From Planctomycetota bacterium (GTDB lineage Bacteria > Planctomycetota > UBA1135 > GCA-002748355), in NCBI GenBank assembly GCA_027021385.1, contig JALUUL010000049.1:17646-81645 (forward strand): a DNA stretch of 64,000 nt. Reading direction: 5' to 3'. The position numbers and the translations under genes were made by a program. The notes below the pieces were generated by a model that searched no databases, had not been told where the DNA came from, and was given only the letters and a program-made list of their open reading frames with translations. Within the stretch, counting starts at the first letter, position 1. Every line of letters starts with the position of its first letter. Shown here in pieces: positions 48,366 through 56,152 of this stretch.

Positions 48366-49765
48366 ACGAGCCCGCCGCGATCTCGACCGAACTCCTCCTC
48401 CGGTACGACCAGCCCGGTCCCCGGTACACGAGTTATCCGACCGCCCCGGTCTGGACCGAGGATTTCGGGGAACGGGAATGGCGGGAGGCCCTCGCCCGCG
48501 CGAACCGCCGTTCCGCGGCCCCGTTCTCGCTCTATGTCCACATCCCGTTCTGCCGTTCGATGTGCTTCTACTGCGGCTGCAACGTCGTCGTCACGCAGCG
48601 CGAGGAGAAAGCCCGCGAATACGTCGACGTCATGCTGAAGGAGGTCGCCCTCCTCGCGGAGGCCCTTCCCGATCGGCGGACCCTGAAACAGCACCACTGG
48701 GGAGGGGGGACGCCGACCTACCTTCCCCCGGAGGAGATCGTCCGGCTCTACCGCGGGATCGAGGCCCGCTTCCCCCCCGCGGGGGACGCCGAGATCAGCA
48801 TCGAGGTCGACCCCAGGGTCACGACCTTCGACCACCTCGAGGCCCTCCACCACCTGGGCTTCCGCAGGATCAGCATGGGGGTGCAGGACTTCACCCCGAA
48901 GGTCCAGCAGGCGATCCACCGGGTGCAGAGCCGCGAGCTGACGAAGTCCCTCGTCGACGAGGCCCGCCGCGTCGGCTTCACGAGCGTCAACGTGGACCTC
49001 GTCTACGGCCTTCCCCACCAGGAGCCCGAGACCTTCGGCGAGACGATCGAGACGATCCTCGATTGGAAGATCGATCGGATCGCCTGCTACAGCTACGCCC
49101 ACGTCCCCTGGCTCAAGAAGCACCAGCGCGCCCTTCCCGAGGAGGCCCTGCCGGGGAGGGAGGAGAAGTTCGCGCTTCTGGCCCTCGCGCTCGAGACCTT
49201 CGGGAGAGCCGGTTACGAGATGATCGGCTTCGACCACTTCGCCCGGGCCGAGGACGACCTCGCGTGGGCGGCCCGCGAAGGGAAGCTCCACCGGAACTTC
49301 ATGGGATACTCGACCCGCATGGAGGCCGGCAGGGAAGGGGAGGACATGCTGATGCTCGGCGTGACCTCGATCGGCGAGGTGGCCGGCGCCTTCGGCCAGA
49401 ACCCGAAGGAGCGCCGCGACTGGGCCGGGGCGATCTCTGAGGGGAGGCTTCCGGTCCACAGGGGGCACCGGCGGAACGCGGAGGACGAGGAGCGGCGCAG
49501 GATCATCCTCGACATCATGTGCGACTACCGGGTCGAGTTCGCGAACTTCGAGGCGGAAGGCCGCCCGCCGTTCCGGGAGCGTTACGCGAAGGCCCTGAGG
49601 AGCCTCGAGCCCCTCGTGGAGGACGGCCTCCTCGAACTCGGGGACGAGGCCCTCGTCGTGACCCCGAAGGGCAGGGTCTTCCTCCGCAACATCTGCATGC
49701 CCTTCGACGCCTACCTCGAGAAGCAGAGGGCCGAGGGTCGCCCGATGTTCTCCCGAACGGTCTGA
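48362..49765 (+). CDS. hemN: Oxygen-independent coproporphyrinogen III oxidase/dehydrogenase (radical SAM HemN)
   Basis: ATGA overlap with hemE. GPRYTSYPTAP N-terminal HemN signature, radical-SAM CxxxCxxC in the form HIPFCRSMCFYCGCN, and full length of about 467 aa (not the short HemW type). Confidence 0.9.
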   Translation: MNEPAAISTELLLRYDQPGPRYTSYPTAPVWTEDFGEREWREALARANRRSAAPFSLYVHIPFCRSMCFYCGCNVVVTQREEKAREYVDVMLKEVALLAEALPDRRTLKQHHWGGGTPTYLPPEEIVRLYRGIEARFPPAGDAEISIEVDPRVTTFDHLEALHHLGFRRISMGVQDFTPKVQQAIHRVQSRELTKSLVDEARRVGFTSVNVDLVYGLPHQEPETFGETIETILDWKIDRIACYSYAHVPWLKKHQRALPEEALPGREEKFALLALALETFGRAGYEMIGFDHFARAEDDLAWAAREGKLHRNFMGYSTRMEAGREGEDMLMLGVTSIGEVAGAFGQNPKERRDWAGAISEGRLPVHRGHRRNAEDEERRRIILDIMCDYRVEFANFEAEGRPPFRERYAKALRSLEPLVEDGLLELGDEALVVTPKGRVFLRNICMPFDAYLEKQRAEGRPMFSRTV

Positions 49766-49850
49766 ATCTCCCCGCGCCGCGCAGCCCGATGAGGAAACCC
49801 CAGGACCGAAGATCACGAGGACGCCGGAGTCCGGAGACGGAAAGAGGCCG

Positions 49851-50879
49851 ATGACCCGTACCGCGATCCTCCTGCACAACCTCGGGGGCCCGACCCGCAG
49901 GGAGGAGATGGAGCCCTTCCTCCGGGCCCTCTTCGAGGACCCCGAGATCTTCCGCCTCCCCCTTTCCCGGTGGACGCAGGGCCCCTTCGCGCGATGGCTG
50001 GCCCGCCGGCGGGCGGATGAGGCCTGGGCGAACTACGAGAGGATCGGGGGCTCCCCCCTGCTGGAATGGACGCGCCTGCAGGCCGAGGGTCTCGCGATGG
50101 GCCTCGCCGAGACGATGGATCCCGAGAGCTTCCTCGTCCTCCCGGCGATGCGGTATTCGAGCCCCTCGATCCGCGAGGCCCTGGAGGCGGCCCGGGATTT
50201 CGGCGCCGAACGCATCCTCTCCTTCCCCCTCTATCCGCACTATTCCCTCGCGACGACGGGTTCGAGCGAACGCGAACTCCTCCGGCGGCTCGAGGAGATG
50301 TCCTGGAACCCCGAACTCCGGAGGATCGAATCCTGGGCCACGGAACCCGATTACCTCGACTGCCTCGCCTGGAGGCTCCGCCGCTGCCTCGACCGGCTCG
50401 ACCCCAACCTGCGCTCCAGGACGAGGATCGTCTACGCGGCCCACGGAACGCCTCTTTCCTTCGTCCGGCGCGGTGACCCCTACGTCCCGCAGATCGAGGC
50501 CTGCCTCTTAGGGGTCGAGGAACGGGTCCCCCACGGTCTCCGGCATTCCCTCGCCTGGCAGAGCCGCGTCGGCCCGATGGCCTGGACCCGCCCCTACCTC
50601 GACGAGGAGGTATCCCGCCTCGGACGGGAAGGCCTGCGTTGCCTGGTCGTCGTTCCCCTGTCCTTCGTCTCGGACCACGTCGAGACTCTCTACGAACTCG
50701 ACATCCTGACGCGGAACCAGGCGGAAAGGGCCGGGATCCGCGAGTTCCACCGCGTGCCTTCCCTCAACGCCGACCCGGATTTCCTCGGCGTCCTGACGCA
50801 CCTGGCCGGGGAGGCGCTGGCGGACCCCGCCCCCTCGAATCCGGCCCATTCCCCGAAGGGAGATCGGAGAGCAGGATGA
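49851..50879 (+). CDS. hemH: Ferrochelatase
   Basis: AILLHNLGGP, MRYSSPSI, PLYPHYS, AHGTPLS, VVPLSFVSDHVETLYELD. Confidence 0.9.
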   Translation: MTRTAILLHNLGGPTRREEMEPFLRALFEDPEIFRLPLSRWTQGPFARWLARRRADEAWANYERIGGSPLLEWTRLQAEGLAMGLAETMDPESFLVLPAMRYSSPSIREALEAARDFGAERILSFPLYPHYSLATTGSSERELLRRLEEMSWNPELRRIESWATEPDYLDCLAWRLRRCLDRLDPNLRSRTRIVYAAHGTPLSFVRRGDPYVPQIEACLLGVEERVPHGLRHSLAWQSRVGPMAWTRPYLDEEVSRLGREGLRCLVVVPLSFVSDHVETLYELDILTRNQAERAGIREFHRVPSLNADPDFLGVLTHLAGEALADPAPSNPAHSPKGDRRAG

Positions 50880-53800
50880 ACCTCGACATCTGTGTCCTCG
50901 GCGCCGGAATCAGCGGCCTGAGCTTCGCCCACCGCTACCTCGCGCTCCGTCCCGAGGCGAAGCTCCGCCTCCTCGAGAAGGAGTCCAGGCCCGGCGGCCT
51001 GATCCGCACGAGCCGCGAGCGGGACACCCTCCAGGAATGGGGTCCCGAGACCGTCATCGACGACGGGAGCGGACTCTCCGGGCTCGTCGCCGACCTCGGC
51101 CTCGAATCGCGGATCCTCGACTCCCGCCCCGAGGCCAGGGTCCGCTGGCTCGCGCTCGGGGATCGGCTCGAACCCCTTCCCACGGGTCCGGGCGCCTTCC
51201 TGCGGACCCCCCTCCTCTCCCTCGGCGCCAAGCTCGGACTCTTTCTCGAGCCCTTCCGCCGCAGAGGGACCGACCCGGAGGAGAGTTTCGCCTCCTTCAT
51301 CGAGCGCAGGTTCGGAAGACAGGTCCTCGAACGCTTCGCCGACCCCTTCGCCTCGGGGATCTACGCCTGCGTTCCCGAACGCATGGAGATGGCCTCCTGC
51401 TTTCCGAAGCTCTTCCGGGCCGAGCGGGAGTTCGGAAGCGTGATCCGCGGCCTGCGCAAGGTCGGATGGAAACCCGGCCGGATCAAGAGCTTCCCCGGCG
51501 GGGTCGAGGAATGCGTGGAGGCCCTGCGAACTTCGCTCGGCGACCGTCTCCGACTCGGATGGGAAGCGACCCGGATCGCCCGGACCCAGGACGGGACCTT
51601 CGAGGTGACCCCGGCCGGCGAGCCGAGCCGCCCGATCCGCGCCCGGCGACTCGTCTGCGCCCTCCCGTCGAGGGCCGCCGCGCCTCTTCTCGAGGACCTG
51701 TCCCCCGAACTCGCCCGCGAGCTGCGCTCGATCGACTTCGTCTCGGTCGTCTCGGTCCACATGGCCTTTCCAATGGCCCGTGTCCCCGGACACCTCCGCG
51801 GCTTCGGCTACCTGATCCCCCGCCGCGAGGCTCGGGACCGGGTCCTCGGCGTCCTCTTCAGTTCCTGCATCTTCGAAGAGCGTGCGCGGCCCGGAACGAT
51901 GTTGTTCCGGACCCTCCTCGGCGGCGCGCGGAATCCCGTTTCCCCGGACGAACCCGACGAGGCCTTCGGCAGGGAGGCCCTGGAATCCTTCCGGAGGTTG
52001 ACCGGGGTCGGGGGCGAACCGCTCTTCCTCGAGGTGCGCAGGAGGCCGCATTGCCTCCCGGTCTACGAGCCCGGCCACCGGGAACGCCTGCGAAGGATCG
52101 ACGAAGCCTGCTCCGGGATCCCGGGGCTGCACCTCTGCGGCCTGTCCTACCGGGGAAGCTCGGTCGCGCTGTGCGTCGAGAACGCGAGGAGGCTCGCGGC
52201 GGAACTCGCGAAGGCCCCCCTCCTCCTTCTCTTCGCCCTGATCCCCTTTCTCCTCCCGGCCCTGTCCGGCTGCGCGAACCGCCCGGAGGCCCCGATCGCC
52301 GAAGCGGCCCCGGAAGGCCCCCGCAAGCAAGGGGGGCGGATCTTCCGGGTCGGATCCGCGGGGACCTACCGCACGATCTCCGCGGCTCTCGCCGACATGA
52401 GGGACGGGGACGTCTGCCGGATCTCGGAAGGCGTCTACCGGGAACGCCTCGTCGTGCGCCAGGACGGCGTCACCCTCGTCGGCGAGGGGAAGGTCGTGAT
52501 CACCGGCTACGACGAGGCGGGGACGATGCGGTCCATCCTCGTCAACGGCCGGCGGGGTCTGTCGGCGGCCGTGGAGGGACCGGTCTACGAGGTCTTCCAA
52601 GGAAAGCGCTACTTGATACCGGCGCGCCATCCGAACAAGACCGCACCGATGACCTCGAACCGGGATTGGGCGGACACCTTCATCGACGCGAAGGGTCGGA
52701 TCCGCTTCCTGACCGGGGCGCCGCCGAGACGGGAAGAACTCCGCGACGGTTTCTACGTGGGCCTGCACAGCCGCGGCAAGAAGCTCTCGAGCTGGTATTC
52801 GCTCTCCCTTCCGGTCACCCGGGTCGGCCGGGACGGCGCCGTCCGCGTCGATGCGAAACGGGCCTCATCCGGCTTCCTCGGCCGTCACGGACAGGGCAGG
52901 GGGATCGGCTACATCCTCGGCGCAAAGGCGGCGCTCGACGCCCCGGGGGAGTGGTACACGGACGGAAAGCGCGTCCTCTTGATCCCGCCCCGCGGGGGAG
53001 AGGGCCCCTACGAGTTCCGGACGCGGCTCTACGGGGCGGTCATCACGGGTCGCGGGGTGAAACTGAAGAACCTCCGCTTCACGGCGGCCGCGGCCAGGGT
53101 CGTCGGCGACGAGGTCGCCTTCGAGAGCTGCGTCTTCGAATACATCTCCCCCTTCCGCCACAACGAGAACGACTCGCCTCGAAACGCGCGAGGCCAGAGC
53201 CTCGCCTCGGGATGGGGGATCCCCGACAACGGCACCGCGGGCGTCTTCGTCGAGGGGGACGCTTTCACTGCGGTGGACTGCCGTTTCTCGAAGAGCTGGT
53301 GGAGCGCAATGACGCTCAGGGGAAACGGGGCCCGCATCCGCAACTGCCTGTTCGAAGACGTGAACTGGATCGCCAAGAGGTGCGCGGCCCTCTTCTCCTG
53401 GGGGAAGGGGAACGTCGTCCGCTTCTGCACGTTCCGGAACCTCGGGGCGGCGGCGATCGAAGGGGGCAACGCCAACTGGATCGAGCAATACGCGACGAAG
53501 AACCTCTGGGAGCACAACCTCATCGAGAACGCCTGCACGCTGGTCGTGGACCAGGGCTTCTTCTACGTGAACCAGCAAGCGGGCGACAACCCCAGGGGGG
53601 ATTCCATCTGGCGTTACAACCTCGGAATCGGGGGTCGGGGCCCCGAAAAGGGGAACTGGAAACGGATCGTCGCCGCGTTCTACGTCGACAACTCCTCCTC
53701 GGGATACCGGATCCACAACAACATCGCGATCGACGTCGCCGAGGCCTTCCGTTTCAACGACACCAAGGACGGACCCAAGGCCGGCAAGGACATCTGGTGC

Positions 53801-54142
53801 GTGAACAACACCTTCATCCGCTGCGGCCCTCCGGCCTACGGTTTCTGGATGAGGGGGAAGCCCGACGCCGAGGTCATGCTTGTCAACAACGCGGCCGTCG
53901 GCTGCGAGCCCGGCTTCTTCTCGAAATGGGCCGCGAAACTCGGGTGGAAAAACAACGTCGTCGTTCCGTCCCTCTCCGCCCTGAAGAACCCCGACGGACT
54001 CGACTTCACCCCCGTCGACGACCGCCTGAAACACGGCGGCCTCCCCGTCCTCGGCCGCCGCGTCCCCTACCTCGGTGCGGTCGACCCGACCCGCGGCATG
54101 TGGCGCTTCGGCGCCGACGAATCCCGCCTCCCCTCCCCCTGA
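50876..54142 (+). CDS. hemY: HemY-family protoporphyrinogen/coproporphyrinogen oxidase, continuous in frame with a hydrophobic lipobox-like segment and a right-handed beta-helix (pectin-lyase-fold) domain of about 630 aa
   Basis: ATGA overlap with hemH. FAD motif ICVLGAGISGLS. HemY body of about 440 aa ending ...HLCGLSYRGSSVALCVENARRLAAEL. There is then no stop and no in-frame ATG/GTG/TTG before KAPLLLLFALIPFLLPALSGC. After that come beta-helix hallmarks (YRTISAALADMRDGDVCRISEGVYRERLVV, NLRFTAAA, IRNCLFEDV, VRFCTFRNL, HNNIAIDV, NNTFIRC). Confidence 0.6.
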   Translation: MNLDICVLGAGISGLSFAHRYLALRPEAKLRLLEKESRPGGLIRTSRERDTLQEWGPETVIDDGSGLSGLVADLGLESRILDSRPEARVRWLALGDRLEPLPTGPGAFLRTPLLSLGAKLGLFLEPFRRRGTDPEESFASFIERRFGRQVLERFADPFASGIYACVPERMEMASCFPKLFRAEREFGSVIRGLRKVGWKPGRIKSFPGGVEECVEALRTSLGDRLRLGWEATRIARTQDGTFEVTPAGEPSRPIRARRLVCALPSRAAAPLLEDLSPELARELRSIDFVSVVSVHMAFPMARVPGHLRGFGYLIPRREARDRVLGVLFSSCIFEERARPGTMLFRTLLGGARNPVSPDEPDEAFGREALESFRRLTGVGGEPLFLEVRRRPHCLPVYEPGHRERLRRIDEACSGIPGLHLCGLSYRGSSVALCVENARRLAAELAKAPLLLLFALIPFLLPALSGCANRPEAPIAEAAPEGPRKQGGRIFRVGSAGTYRTISAALADMRDGDVCRISEGVYRERLVVRQDGVTLVGEGKVVITGYDEAGTMRSILVNGRRGLSAAVEGPVYEVFQGKRYLIPARHPNKTAPMTSNRDWADTFIDAKGRIRFLTGAPPRREELRDGFYVGLHSRGKKLSSWYSLSLPVTRVGRDGAVRVDAKRASSGFLGRHGQGRGIGYILGAKAALDAPGEWYTDGKRVLLIPPRGGEGPYEFRTRLYGAVITGRGVKLKNLRFTAAAARVVGDEVAFESCVFEYISPFRHNENDSPRNARGQSLASGWGIPDNGTAGVFVEGDAFTAVDCRFSKSWWSAMTLRGNGARIRNCLFEDVNWIAKRCAALFSWGKGNVVRFCTFRNLGAAAIEGGNANWIEQYATKNLWEHNLIENACTLVVDQGFFYVNQQAGDNPRGDSIWRYNLGIGGRGPEKGNWKRIVAAFYVDNSSSGYRIHNNIAIDVAEAFRFNDTKDGPKAGKDIWCVNNTFIRCGPPAYGFWMRGKPDAEVMLVNNAAVGCEPGFFSKWAAKLGWKNNVVVPSLSALKNPDGLDFTPVDDRLKHGGLPVLGRRVPYLGAVDPTRGMWRFGADESRLPSP

Positions 54143-54285
54143 CCCCCGAGGAGGACCCTGCCGCATCGTCTTCGCCGCGGCTCGAGCCGGAGGCGTCTCG
54201 AGCCGCGTACAGATCTCCTGGGACCTCCGCTTCCGCCGCTCGATCCGCCCTTGCGCTTTTGGTCAGTCCTTCCAGGCTCCCGGCA

Positions 54286-54729
54286 TCAATCGGCCTTCAC
54301 GACGACCCGTCCGCCATTGGCGACGACCCTGAGCACCGCGGACCCTCCGGAGAACAGGTACTCGGCGTGGCCGTCCGAGGCGTCGATCTCCGGGATGGCG
54401 GCAGCAACGGCGGCCACTGCGGTTTCATCCGCCAGCTTCACCTTGCCCAGCACGAAGTCCGTCCCCTCGACCGCTGCGAAGCGCAAGCGCAGCGTCTTCC
54501 CTGCCGGCGGATCGATGTCGGTGCTCGCCAGCCTGTGGTCGACTCCGATCATACCGTAGTAGCACGGCTCGGCGGCTCCAGCCGGCCCGACGACGAAACC
54601 TGTGAAGGCGACTCTCATCGCTCCTTCATTGACGATACGCAGTCGCGTGCCGAGCTGCACACCGGTGGATTCCGGAGATCCGCAGCCTGCGGCGAACACG
54701 AGGGTCAAGAGGATGGCGCGAACTCGCAT
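54286..54729 (-). CDS. Small lipoprotein, function unknown
   Basis: Start set at MRVRAILLTLVFAAGCG (signal peptide plus lipobox), followed by a beta-rich mature domain of about 125 aa. The upstream part of track ORF ..54849 lacks coding character. Confidence 0.55.
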   Translation of the reverse strand: MRVRAILLTLVFAAGCGSPESTGVQLGTRLRIVNEGAMRVAFTGFVVGPAGAAEPCYYGMIGVDHRLASTDIDPPAGKTLRLRFAAVEGTDFVLGKVKLADETAVAAVAAAIPEIDASDGHAEYLFSGGSAVLRVVANGGRVVVKAD

Positions 54730-54821
54730 GACCCTCTTGTAGCAGGAGCGGAATGTTGCAACTAGTAGAGGCCGCCACGCCTTTCTTGCCCATCCCGGCG
54801 AGTCCGCTACCATCCGCTTGC

Positions 54822-55730
54822 ATGCGGGGATCGAAAAGGTCACCGGCATCGGCTGTCGTCGGGGCGATCAAGGTCTTGGCCTTCCTCGCGGCCACGCAGA
54901 TCCTTCTCGAGGTCGTGGTCTTCACCGCCCTCGCCGCCCTCTCCGCCAGGCTCTGGTCGCGCTACGACGGCCGGGGGTTAAACCTGCCCTGGTTCCTCAG
55001 CTCCGGCCTCGCGAGCCTCGGCGTCACCCTGCTCGTCTGCTTCGCGTTCTTGGAGTGGATCGACCACGAACGGTGGGCGCACATCCGGCTGCGCGCGCGT
55101 CACGGTCTTCGCTTGTTCGTCGCCGGACTCGTGATAGCTGCGGTCGTGGTTCTGCTCCTCACCGCGATCGCCGTCGCCGCGAATGCCGTGCAGGTCGACT
55201 TCCGCCCCGATCCCTTCCTGCCGGCTGTCTCCTACGTGCTCGCGGTGCTGGCCGGTGGATTCGCGCTCGTGCTCCAGGAGGAACTCGTCTACCGCGGCTA
55301 CCTGCTGCGGACACTCGAGGCAAGCGTCCAACCATCGGTCGCCGTCGTCGCGACGTCGCTGATCTTCGGGCTGTTCCACCTCACGAGGGCGCACGTCTCC
55401 ATTCCCGGGGTCCTCACGATCTTCGTCATGGGTTGCCTCCTCGCCGTGGTTTGCATTCGGACGGACAGCCTATGGCCGTCGATCGGGTTGCATTTCGGCT
55501 GGAACTCGTCCTTGTATCTCCTGGACTTCCCGGTGAGCGGCACGACCTATCCCAACCCTCTCCTGGATCTGCAGTATTTGAACCACTCGTGGATCGTGGG
55601 CTCGGCCTTCGGGCCCGAGGATTCCATCCTCGTGACGGTGGTCATTGCGTTGCTCCTGGGCGCCGCCCTTGCATGGCTCCCGAAACGCGGAGGCCCGCCC
55701 GACGCTGCCGGTGTCGATGCTGTGAAGTGA
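54822..55730 (+). CDS. CPBP-family intramembrane glutamic endopeptidase (CAAX protease / Abi-like)
   Basis: Motif 1 LQEELVYRGYL (EExxxR), motif 2 SLIFGLFH (FxxxH), motif 3 IGLHFGWN (HxxxN). Multiple TM helices. Start uncertain (54753 or 54822). Confidence 0.8.
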   Translation: MRGSKRSPASAVVGAIKVLAFLAATQILLEVVVFTALAALSARLWSRYDGRGLNLPWFLSSGLASLGVTLLVCFAFLEWIDHERWAHIRLRARHGLRLFVAGLVIAAVVVLLLTAIAVAANAVQVDFRPDPFLPAVSYVLAVLAGGFALVLQEELVYRGYLLRTLEASVQPSVAVVATSLIFGLFHLTRAHVSIPGVLTIFVMGCLLAVVCIRTDSLWPSIGLHFGWNSSLYLLDFPVSGTTYPNPLLDLQYLNHSWIVGSAFGPEDSILVTVVIALLLGAALAWLPKRGGPPDAAGVDAVK

Positions 55731-56152
55731 TCCGCGGGCGCGCGCAGCCTGGTCGCGACCCATGCGACGACTCCCCTGATATCGGGGGATCCGTCCTCCT
55801 TCGAACCGGGCCCTGACCCGCCGCTTGCTCGAACGATGGAACCCGGATCCGGGCTGGGTACACTCCGCCATCGTCGAGCCGTTTTCTTCCCCGGCATTCC
55901 GCTTTTCCCGAACCGCATCACGCTGGAAGAAACGGCCGGCTTCTACTCTCCTGGAGAGAGATGCGGCTGGATCCGGGGGGGAGGTCCTGTCGAGCCGGAG
56001 GCCGCGATGCAGAGACAGGTGCAGGTGATCGGCGCCGGATTCACCGGTACGGAGACGGGCTTCTCCGCCGCCCGTGTCGCGGGCTCCCTGGAGTCGGCCG
56101 CGACCTTCTTCCTCGCGGGATTCACCGCGGTCCGCCGGGTCGAAGCCTCGCG

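Noticed and set aside
51037-54765. 1242-aa plus-strand ORF, 692-aa minus-strand ORF (50690..52768) and 433-aa minus-strand ORF (52865..54166)
   Set aside because: They are out-of-frame or antisense overlaps of the hemY/beta-helix gene, whose frame carries the FAD motif and beta-helix repeats. The translations are R/P/G-rich.
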